From: Botryllus schlosseri
Lineage: Eukaryota
DNA length: 64,000 bases
Assembly: GCA_051294905.1 (NCBI GenBank)
Contig: CM119376.1
Span: 15,810,001 to 15,874,000 of the forward strand
Direction of reading: 5' to 3'
Both the position numbers and the translations under genes were made by a program. The number at the start of each line of letters is the position of its first letter. The stretch's first letter is position 1. This document shows, one piece after another, positions 13,129 through 23,442 of this stretch. The notes under the pieces are model-generated. The model saw only the letters and a list, made by a program, of their open reading frames with translations, had not been told where the DNA came from and did not search any database.

Positions 13129-14445
13129 CAGTGGTTCCCAAACGGTGGGGAATTCCCCACTGGTGGGGAGTTCAATGGTTTCTGGTGGGGAACAGACGCG
13201 TTTGTTCAAAATTATCTGCAGGACACTCTTCATATTCACGGAGACACATGCGCATGCGCACTTACCGCCGTTACCAGTTAACTGCTCTGGAATGTATGGA
13301 TCGAAAATTATATTGCGCGGTGTTCACAAAAACTCATTTTTAACTCTGGATGACCAATCATGGCGTCACAAACGCATCCGGCACGACTAGTTTGACGTGA
13401 AATAACGCTTTCGCGAAATTTTGAGCGTTACTGGTATCGGTTCACAACACGTTTTACGTTGCAATTATAGGCGATTGTCTTGCGTACCTGTGTGATTGTG
13501 TGTCTTGTGTAGTCAAACCAGCGAATAGCTGCTCTGGGATGACAAAAGTGTTGGGTAGTAGGGAACAGGACCTAACTGCCGCAACCCACACCCCCCAATT
13601 GGGGGGGGGGCGAGCTCGAAGGGGCCCAAAATGATTTCGTGAATTAACATAAATTATAGAGTATTGTTTTGGAAATTTATGTCACTTATTCAAATATAAT
13701 TTTTGTGCTGGGTGCGCTATTTAATATTGCCTAATATTTTGAATATTGGGTTCCCTTCCCCCACTAAAATCGTAGAATTTATAGAAATGGAGACTTCGGC
13801 GTCGGCCATTACTGCGCCACGACGCACCAAGACATATGAAGTTATTGGCCATGTAACAAGCGACTCCGAAAAGTGTGCCGGAACAATCAGCAGCGAGAAG
13901 ACCTTGGCCGAGAAGGAATGCCCTTGTGGTCGACCCAAAACTTCATACATATATGTTTAATTGTCCATAGGCGGTTAAATGGCTGGCGCCGAATGTTCCT
14001 GTCCTGGCAATCTGAACCCCACAGGACAAATGCCGTCCCACAGGGAAAAAAATATTTGCCAGTAAAGCAACACTAATTTGAAATCGTGTGTGCCTTTTAG
14101 TTTTGGCGATTTCCATATCTTTTGACATAGCAGATATAGAAGGTCACGAAATAGCATCATATAACGAAGTCAATATATCAATGGGTCTGCCCGAAGATGT
14201 TTAATTTATAATTAGGGGTCCTACCCATTCCAACACACCTCACTCAGCTCTACCGGTAAATCTGATTAGCAGAGAGGGGATAAAAAATTGATAGCAAAAT
14301 ATATGCAATGTCCGATCATATTGACCGATTTAAACATGAATTATATAAATTTCTCGCGCTTCGCGCGTTTACGGTCCTGGTGGGGAATGAAGGATCGAAA
14401 TAAATCTGAAGTGGGGAATGAAGACAAAAAGGTTAGGAACCACTG
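13129..14445. mobile_element. Buster-type hAT non-autonomous element
   Basis: TIR CAGTGGTTCC; perfect TSD CTGTAACA. Internal 13940-14370 is homologous to family A modules. Confidence 0.9.
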
Positions 14446-15632
14446 CTGTAACATGACCACTCGCGGTTTCAGTGCATATAGTAAATCGATATGAAGAAGT
14501 AGATTAGTCCGGACTTCATCGGAAATGGACATAAACATCACTGAACAGTTTAACATGGGTATTTGGCGCCCAGTTAATTCATCACGGCTATGTGCTGGAA
14601 TGCGGCCGTAAGCTAAGTAAATAATAGATATGCGGCCGTGAATATAGCAAAACTGTTGGCCTCCTCTGGTCTATACTATATCAAGACTATAGCAACATAT
14701 ATAGGTCTTCCGGATCGATTTCTATCTATATCCAATCTAAGGAGTCAAAATAGTGCTACGTGAAATTCTGCGTAGCGAAAAATACAGATAACGATCTATG
14801 AGTTATTCGGTTGCGCGGAGCGTGTGTAAGATGCCATGTATGTGTTTCCTACCCACTTGTAGTATTTCTGGAAGTAGAAGTTCCCGTCCTATTGATTTCT
14901 ATTCACCCGACGGTTTAATATTCATAGTTATGGCCTGGCACATCCCATGCAGAAAATAGAGTGTAAGGACAAAAGTGGATTACTGTTTCTTTTCCGAGTA
15001 CAATATTTGTTAGCATTACGCAAGACGAGTTTACAAATCTGTGTTTCATGCAGAGGTGGTCAAAGTAGTCAAGAAAGCTACTGAAGTAGAAGTAGAAGTA
15101 GCGACGAAAAGTCGACTCAAGTACGAGTCGAAGTACTTCTTCCATAAGCAACCTAAAACTACTTGAAGTTGAAGTAGAATTGACCGACTTTAAATCTACT
15201 CAAGTAAGTAAGTAGTCGTGAAAACGATCGTAATTCGTTCGCATTGATTGTCGAAGGCTGCGAATTGAGCTATGCGAAAGGTGTAGAGCTACTACATTCA
15301 TATTGATGCATACCAGGAGGTGTCCAATTTTCGACAGCATAAGCATTCGTCCGCATCATGGGATGCAAATGATAGTATTGATATGGAAATGCGATATTAT
15401 TCCTCTGTTTACTCGAACAGCACGTTTTAGAAAATATTATGGTATGGCGCCCTTCCCCATATAATAAGGCCCGTATTGGTCGAAGAGCAATACGGAAAAG
15501 CTGAGTCGGATACGGTGGTAACACTTTGCTGAATTAGTAAACTTTAATAAAAAAGATGGTGAATCGTAAAAATGCCATATTGTGTAACTTTATTTCCGGA
15601 AATTAAAGGCATTACTAGACTTGCTTTAAGAG

Positions 15633-15911
15633 GTGGCGAAACAGCGTAGTGGTATAATCACGGGTGCAACACCAATGGGTTGCGGGCTCGAGTTCGACCG
15701 AGGTCGACTCCAGAATTCCAACCTAAGTGTTGGAGGTTTATCTCGGCTCCTCCTCGCCATCTCATCCGTGCAAGAGGTGTCTTATATAAAAAGTCTAGAA
15801 GTGGGCTGTGCTACAAGTCGGCAGTTACGGAATATAAATGAAGAATATTGGCCTGGTGTAAATGAACATATAGTAGTCGAATAACACCATGAATACCACG
15901 AACAAACAAAC
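15633..15911 (+). mobile_element. tRNA-derived SINE
   Basis: Head GTGGCGAAACAGCGTAGTGGTATAA (A-box-like) and GCTCGAGTTCG (B-box-like), conserved body, CAAA/AAC-type tail; co-linear with 26846-27130. Confidence 0.85.
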
Positions 15912-16110
15912 AGCACTTTCTTTTATACTTCAACATGTATGTTCTCCAGTCAAAAGAATTGATACTAATTAAAACTGATGGCTGATATTGGGAATTGAAA
16001 GTGAAATATAAATACTACTTCTACAAGCAGAAAATGTATTTCCTGTGTTTAGTCCAGAAAGTTTCAGGGGTGGTATGCTAAAACAGGTCTAAAAGTAAAA
16101 AAGTCATAGT

Positions 16111-16689
16111 CAGGGTTGTAATGACTCGAGTCATGACTCGACTCAAGTCAGACTCGAGTCACGATTTTCGGATGACTCGACTCGAGTCATTTTCTCAAAA
16201 TACGGAATTGACTCGACTCGACTCGAGTCAATCTGTGTATTGACTCGACTTGGACTCGAGTCATTGCGCATGACTCGAAGCAAGTCATTGACTCGAGATT
16301 CAGACGGCGAAGACCGACATTTCATTGTAATTTCGAAGCCATCACACTATTGGGATTTTGTTTGTTGGTACTGGTCCTTGAAAATGCGACCTGAAACTGC
16401 TAAAAGTGAGGAAAATTGATATATTATAAATGCGAACCATTCAATATCACCAAACAGAGTTAGAAAAGTGGGTTTAGGAAGACTTTAACTGGAAACCGAG
16501 CAGTCAACACAATGACTTGGACTCGGACTCGAGTCATAATACCATGACTCGGACTCGATCCTCTGTTCGCTGACTTGGACTCGGACTTGACTCGGTGGGA
16601 ATTGAAAATGACTCGACTTGACTCGAGTCAAAAATATAAAAGTGAGATTGACTTGTGACTCGGAGCCTTGTGACTTGGTTACAACCCTG
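16111..16689 (+). mobile_element. hAT MITE with GACTCGAGTC subterminal arrays (CAGGGTTGTAA termini)
   Basis: Perfect TSD GTCATAGT; highly similar to 36684-37270. Confidence 0.95.
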
Positions 16690-18316
16690 GTCATAGTCCA
16701 CTTCTCCAGATTAGGACACGTCATTGACTGCTGCTAGATTACGATATGATAAGTAAATGCTAGATTGCGAAACATCAGTTTCACACGTTATGATGAGCCA
16801 TACATACTGTGACAAAATATTTCATATGGGCGACAATGCGGTGTTAACGGAACCACGCAACCCGCTACCTAAATTAAATTCACCGATACTTTCGTGAATT
16901 CGTATTGGTCATTCCATATCCAATGTGCGCGAAGCGCGACGAAAATTCTGGGCTTTACTCAAGTTTTATGAAAATTATTTGTTGATACTCTGAGAAAACA
17001 GCCCCGAAATTCCTCAGACAATCTTTCTTATTGGAGGATTAAACTACTTCTACTTGGCAAACTGAAAATAGAGAAGAGTAAGTAGGTAGAGAACAAAATA
17101 TTACGAAGTAGAAGTAAAGAGAAAATCAGATCTACTTGAGTAAGTACCAGAAGTAGATGGAAACTACTTGAGTGCTTCGAAAAAGTAGAAGTACTTCGTT
17201 ACTGACGACCTCTGGTTTCATGACGTACCGTAAATTCTTCCTGAATATCAACGAAGCCCCAAAACGAATGTAAATAAGTCTGTCTATCTCCCGCTCGCAG
17301 TAAAGCATTTGCGAACGATATGAGAATAATCCACGGCAAATTTGACCCAATTAGGACTCCTATAGTTGCCGCTAAGCATTGTCAAACATCGGTTGTGGCA
17401 CATAATATCAACTGAAAATCGAGTGCTCATCATAATATCTGATTGTTAGACTTTATTCACGTTTCTTCATTATAGAAAGTAAAGATGTTTATCACATTTC
17501 TAGAACAACACGGTGCATTGAGTGATGTAGAATCATAGAACCATTGCTATAGCGTATAATTTATTTATGTTCCGGCATTTCAATATGCCAGCCTGTGGAG
17601 CCTACCAAGTTGGAAAATTGACCTTTGACTGATTTTGAATTGGTGACCTCTGGTATTCTGGTATAGACGATGGCTAATGCCGAATGCGGTTCCTCGAGGT
17701 TGTTTGAATGGGAAATGCATTAGAAATCACTTTCTGATCACTATGCACAGAGAGAGAAATGTCCGTCGGTGCGTGCCATGACTATGACCCTATTCCGTGC
17801 CATATATTATATATATGGGAATCCAGATCGCCATTGATGGTAAGCCAACTATTTTGGTTTGGAGGGAAAGGGGAGAATAAAGCTCAATCAAATCATTTGT
17901 GGCCGATCAGAGCAGCAATGATGTTAAATAGCATGATATTTTTACCAAGCATTAATCAATTTGTAACATTAGTAGACCTATATAATATCATAACTACAGT
18001 AAGTGTCAAAGGTAATCTTTCGTAATTGTATAATTTTATATGGCAATATTGATCAAATCTTTTCAAGTTACGAACTTCCAGTCTGCCACTACATATATAA
18101 GGCTCACACTATACCGCCATATAGCTCGCACCATATTTCACATTCTCAATATTTTGAACATAAGCTATGGCTAATTCCATACACCTGATTTAGGAGGAAC
18201 AATTTGACAAGCATATATTCCAAAATCTCGAAATTCTCCCCGACTTGAATTTCACAGTAAGACGCTGCATTTACATATGATTCATCTGAAGATGTATACA
18301 GCTCGAATTTACTCAC

Positions 18317-18453
18317 CAATGGTAGTAAGAACAATTAGGGCGAAATACAGCGATCCGGTAAAGTGCCATTGGTTTACGTGTTTGGTTTTCTGACGGTCAA
18401 TCGTAATTTGCCTCAGAATTCTTATGTCTTCCATTGATATGTTGTATTTCTCA
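18317..18453 (-). CDS. KCNK3/KCNK9-like: K2P channel exon 2 (cap and pore helix P1)
   Basis: TTTTCAG|T GAG... gives EKYNISMEDIRILRQITIDRQKTKHVNQWHFTGSLYFALIVLTTI-G|GTGAGT. Ungapped match to the TASK pattern KYNIS...QWxFxGSxYFAxxVxTTIG. Confidence 0.95.
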
Positions 18454-18592
18454 CTGAAAAGAAGGTAGATATATGGCGTGAATTGAACTGAGACTTTCTG
18501 CTATCCGATAACGTGGGTATGTAAAAACTCCTACACGACACAATGGTATCAGCTACAGCTCATGGTCAACGCTGATTGTCGATGCTCTAAAT

Positions 18593-20069
18593 CAGGGGTT
18601 GGCAAACCCCGGCATGCGTGCCATTTGTGGCACGCGAGACGATTTTTCATGGCACGCCAAATGATTTGAGGAAAAAGACAACCGTTTTGTTGCACAACAT
18701 GCCACATAAGTTTTCAAAATGGAAAAAGCTAAAATTATATGATAAATAAACATAATACAGATTCTTTTTTGGGCAGATTTTAGTCACCGGTATCCTGAAC
18801 ATTTTTTCGCGCTTCGCGCGATTTACGATGACTTAGTTTCTTGATTTTGGGAAACCCACAAATATATATACATATGACAACCTAATATCGTATGAAACCG
18901 TTTGGATGCTTTGGTCTAGGAGTGTGCACTGTGCAACATTTGGTATGCGAATATTTTATAGGAACCAGCATTTAGGCGCTGGACATTTTCGCGCTAGGAG
19001 ATACACGTTTCGGTAACATGCGACTCCGTACGCTGTGTGCGTGGGTAAATGATTTGCGGTGATAAAACATGGACATGTAATAAGCGCCGCATGTTGGCCA
19101 AAACGTTCGACATTGATATGTCCACCGTCCATGCGCCGAAATGACCACGCGAATAGTCCAGCTCTCGCAGGTTGAGCCGCACGTCTCAAATGAGACCCAC
19201 AGAGGAAAATAATGAGTCCCGTGTCGAAATGCGATTTTGGAATTGTGTTCTTATCACGAAAGAATATGTTGTTTTAGTTTCATCTAATTAATACGTGTAA
19301 GCGATTCATTTCAAATACATCTGGAGCAACGACAATAACCTTTACCACTATACCGCGATCTTTGGAGCTTTGCAGACCAATTCAATTGTGACATCAAACC
19401 GACTTGCATGGTACAGGGATTGGCACATTTTTTTTTATCGTCAGGCCATCTCATCATAACATGTTCGATGGGCCTGTCGCTTATTGGCTATGGTACCGAA
19501 CTAGCGTTGGGACCCCGGGAAATCCCGATCCCGGGATTCCGAGATTTGGAGCAATCCCGATCCCGGGATTGACCCCGATGAAATCCCGGGATTTGTAAAC
19601 AGCATCTACCATGGCTTACGTAGTGCCACATCTCGTATTTTGGTAATAAAGGTAATAAAGCTGTGTCACAAATTCGGCGTATTGTCGAAAACAATTCACA
19701 ATTATGTGATATTAAAGCGAACTATGGTCTAACAATGAACTACGCAATCACTTCTGTTGTAGTCTACGGATCGTAGCAGTGTAACGAACACGGTGAGTGG
19801 ACTCGGGAACGATCAAGACAACCACAGAAGATCAATCATTACGCGACTAAATTTAAATTATATGGTAGGACTGGTGCGGTGGCGACCAAAATTTATACCC
19901 TTCGCGACCAATACCGATGCCGTTGCCAGCTGCAGATAAGTGGTTGGTGTGATTCCTAGCTTGAAACGCTAAATATGACAAACTTGAATATGATTGACAC
20001 GCCAGTTGGTAATATTTTACAATTTTTTGAAATTTTGGAACGCTGTATACGAAAGGTTGCCGGCCCCTG
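18593..20069. mobile_element. Charlie-type hAT non-autonomous element in K2P intron 1
   Basis: TIR CAGGGGTTGGCAAACC / GGTTGCCGGCCCCTG; perfect TSD CTCTAAAT. Contains a CCCGGGAT-repeat end fragment at about 19503-19595. Confidence 0.88.
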
Positions 20070-21433
20070 CTCTAAATTTTACGGCTTCCATGAGAGAAAA
20101 CGTACGAACGGCTAGATAGGTGTATTGGGTTGGATATAAGTTGAAATTTTAACCATGTCAACATGAGATTATAATAAAGGGTATATGGATTCATCACAAT
20201 CGAATACAGGGAGCCAGGTCTATTAAAATGACACCTTGGTCAAAACATGCAGAAAAGTAGAATTGAGATCCCTGCCGCGATTTGAGGGTGTGAGCAAGAG
20301 TTCTCGGCCGGGATCTTCTAATTGAGCCTGGACACTTTATCCGATGTGCTGTGAGTTGTTATACCCCGGATTGACTAGCTTGCGCATAGGAAACAATTAC
20401 ATTTAATAAATTGGGTTGATCGGCGATAAATTGGACAATTCTATTGATATGATACCTTCATTATTATATTTATATTGTTGTTTATCTGTTCCCCAACTAT
20501 GAAGGTTAATCTAACGCTGTATTAATTTGACTTGAGCAATGTCATGACCAATAGCCTACTTTTGGGAGCATGCCTGAAATACGGATTAGCCTACAGCATT
20601 TATGATAACATGATGCATTTGTCATCTCGCATAGTGTCTATACCTTAAATATATTTATAAATGCGATTTTTTGTGGTGCAAAACGTGAATTGTTACAATA
20701 GTAAATCACATTTTCAAGATGTGTGGGTTGTCAGTCTGCAAAGTCGCTTTCAATCGAATGATTTTATCCCGTTAAATAACGCGCATTTGGAATGACATTG
20801 AATAGCCTACCCCTATTGATGTTGTGGCACGCGACGTCATCAAAACCTAGGAAATTGACCACTGACCAGTGAGCACTTTCGACTAGGAGACCCCTACACT
20901 AAAGGGTTCACATCGCAAGCATACAATTTATAGCCTCATACAGACCGAGAACATCTAAAAATAGAATTAAGCGGTCAGTCCGGAAGGCTATTTTAAGCAT
21001 GCCTATATGTAGCCTATATGTAGCCTACTTTACGTATACTTATTATATTTACTTTACGTAGGCTACCGTACACTGTTTACGGTTTAACTTATGCGAAGGA
21101 TGATGCTAACGACGCTCATGAATTTAACTACATTTTATGACAGGTTAAAACGCTCGGACAATGTCGTGGTTGAATAATTCATTCGGCAAATATCCCGTGA
21201 ATTATCCAAGATATATTTTGGTCAATGGTACTCCTGGAGCGTATCTTGTTAATAATGAAATATTCAGCGATTGTATAGCCTTCCTCGGTATTCGTCGATC
21301 GTACGGCCAAATAAACATCTTGTCGATTAAGTTGACAAGAAGTGTCATGCGATTTGTAGCCTGCACTATATCTTTCATCGTCAATCGTACGAACATCGAT
21401 TTGTGTATTTTTCTGATGTGCTGAAAGCTCTAC

Positions 21434-21817
21434 AAGGGTTGCATTTAAAACAAAAATCAATTTAAAACAAACATATTTAAAGCAAGGCCCTTGTTTAAAA
21501 CATGTTTTTTATTATTTTTTGTTTGTTTGTTTTTCAAGCCATGACGTCACGAATATTCAATTGTGACGCCATAGCGGATTGACATTGACAATTCAAAATA
21601 TAAGGTATAACTCTTTTGACGAGATATCTACATACTATACGTACTATAGGCTACGTACTGATAAACCGGGTATTTTAACGGTTCCAACCATCCGATATCG
21701 TATACATACGTCGTCTATATCGGGTGGGAATCGTCCGTAATCTCATAAAACATGTTTTTGGAAAGTATTCACACAATTAGGTGTTTTAAACAACCATCTG
21801 TTTTAAATACAACCCTA
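21434..21817 (+). mobile_element. hAT MITE family B copy in K2P intron 1
   Basis: Co-linear with 1102-1525; only a shared TCTAC in the flanks, no clean 8-bp TSD. Confidence 0.75.
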
Positions 21818-23287
21818 TCTACTGGTACATATTCTAAGAGCGCATTCAGAAAGCACACTCTCCAAGTCTCCGGACACCCATTCTAAATTCGTTATCCTTC
21901 AAATTGAATTGATAAGGTCAGATGTGGTTGTATGACAATTTTGCATGATATGTGCCATTGACACCGCTCCAACGTCATGTGATATCGTAGTCATGTCGAT
22001 TCGAAATGTGCGGCACTTATTCCAGAAACAAAATAACCACGTGGCACCTATACGCCCTATTTAAGTATCTGGGAACTCACAAACCCTTCGTATTTATTCT
22101 CGTATATCAATAGCGGCAAAACTTCCATTTCTTGTATCGGACCTTTCTCAATAATTTTGACGCCTGTTCATCGGCACATAAAATCACAACTAACCCCAAT
22201 CAAGGGTTGCGTGGACTTATTATTTAGATATACAACACCTACAAATCTATTACGTTTATTCTCGGCCTAAATGCTCGTACCGTCGCCTCGCCTTATCTAT
22301 ACTGCACCGGTGACGGCATATATGGTGTGCGTGTTCGCTTCAACTGTTTCGGACCTACGGTTCAGTGATACGGACCACTAAAAAAACATTGCTAAGAAAC
22401 TTCAAGTTGATAAACTGGACGCGAGGTCATTGTACGACTGAACATAACCTAAATGCATTAAAGCAGTTGTTAAACAGGAACAACCTTCAGGGGGCGTAAA
22501 GTAATTTCCGGAGTGTGTAAGGTAAATTATGTTCTTATTGGCCTACACGGTCATATGGATTTAGAGACTAGTATATTATCAGACAGTATGAGTGGTGCGA
22601 ACCCCTCACAGGTTCTGATTCGTGACTGCACGAACTTTTAAAAAAAGGTTCGCTGAGAACCCGGACGAGCACGAAGATATGACGTCATGTGATGTCACGA
22701 TGTTAACTCAAATCCAATTCCCACTTTGCCTTCCAGCTTGCACACTTGTCTGTAAGACATCGATAAAGTAGTACCCTAATGTCTAATTAGAATACGCTTG
22801 GTGTCTTTCGATAGATATCGCTCAGATCATGACAATGTGACACGAGCTAAATATCCTACCACGATGTTATACCAACTTGCTGGTCAAATTCAAATAAATC
22901 TGTGATTTGTTTTCTACTTACAATGGCCCCGTAATCACATTTATAGTGTTGTTTTATACCTCAAAAGGCAGCATTAAATAAATTTTGAAAATTACATTGA
23001 CTTGCGTACATATATCTTGTAATTACATTTGGGGTAAATTTTTATTATTGAAGGTTCACCGGTCCGCAACATTTGTTTTGAGGCTTTACTGGTCCTTGAG
23101 GTCAGAAAGGCTGATACCACTGCTCTACACCACAACGTCACGGTTTGCATACCGAACATGAACTTGAATGGAAGGTTCGCACCATCCCTTCCGGATAGTA
23201 TCGTCACATTACCAATAGAGGGCAAAAGGTCTCTGTTGTAGTCACTATTGGAAATCGATTGTTAAATAAGATAGATTGATTGATTAC

Positions 23288-23442
23288 CGAATGTAAGTTT
23301 CTTGACGAATGCGTATTTCTTCTGCTTCGTCTTCGTGACCTCCCTCCAAATATTGAAAGATCAAGGCCCCAAGGAACAAATATGCGATGCCGATTATCAC
23401 GAGTGCTGCGGTCCTCACATTTGGATCACGAATATTGAGCAT
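23288..23442 (-). CDS. KCNK3/KCNK9-like: TASK-type K2P potassium channel, coding exon 1 (TM1 and cap helix)
   Basis: Translates MLNIRDPNVRTAALVIIGIAYLFLGALIFQYLEGGHEDEAEEIRIRQETYIR, matching the TASK N-terminus (NVRT..L....YL..GA..F..LE). Ends CG|GTAATC, phase 2, compatible with the next exon. Confidence 0.92.

Larger units (their letters stand above)
15051..17214. mobile_element. hAT element with AAGTAG subterminal repeats, hosting a SINE and a GACTC-MITE
   Basis: TIR CAGAGGTGGTC / GACGACCTCTG; perfect TSD GTTTCATG. Related element at about 52351-52909. Confidence 0.88.

Noticed and set aside
15633-15710. tRNA gene candidates (also 26846 and 41688)
   Set aside because: A/B boxes are present, but there is no closed cloverleaf and each continues into a shared SINE body and tail.
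16143-16724. ORFs rich in TRVES/SSPS (also 37085-37273, 46582-47016, 46873-47211)
   Set aside because: They are translations of GACTCGAGTC subterminal arrays of hAT MITEs, not proteins.
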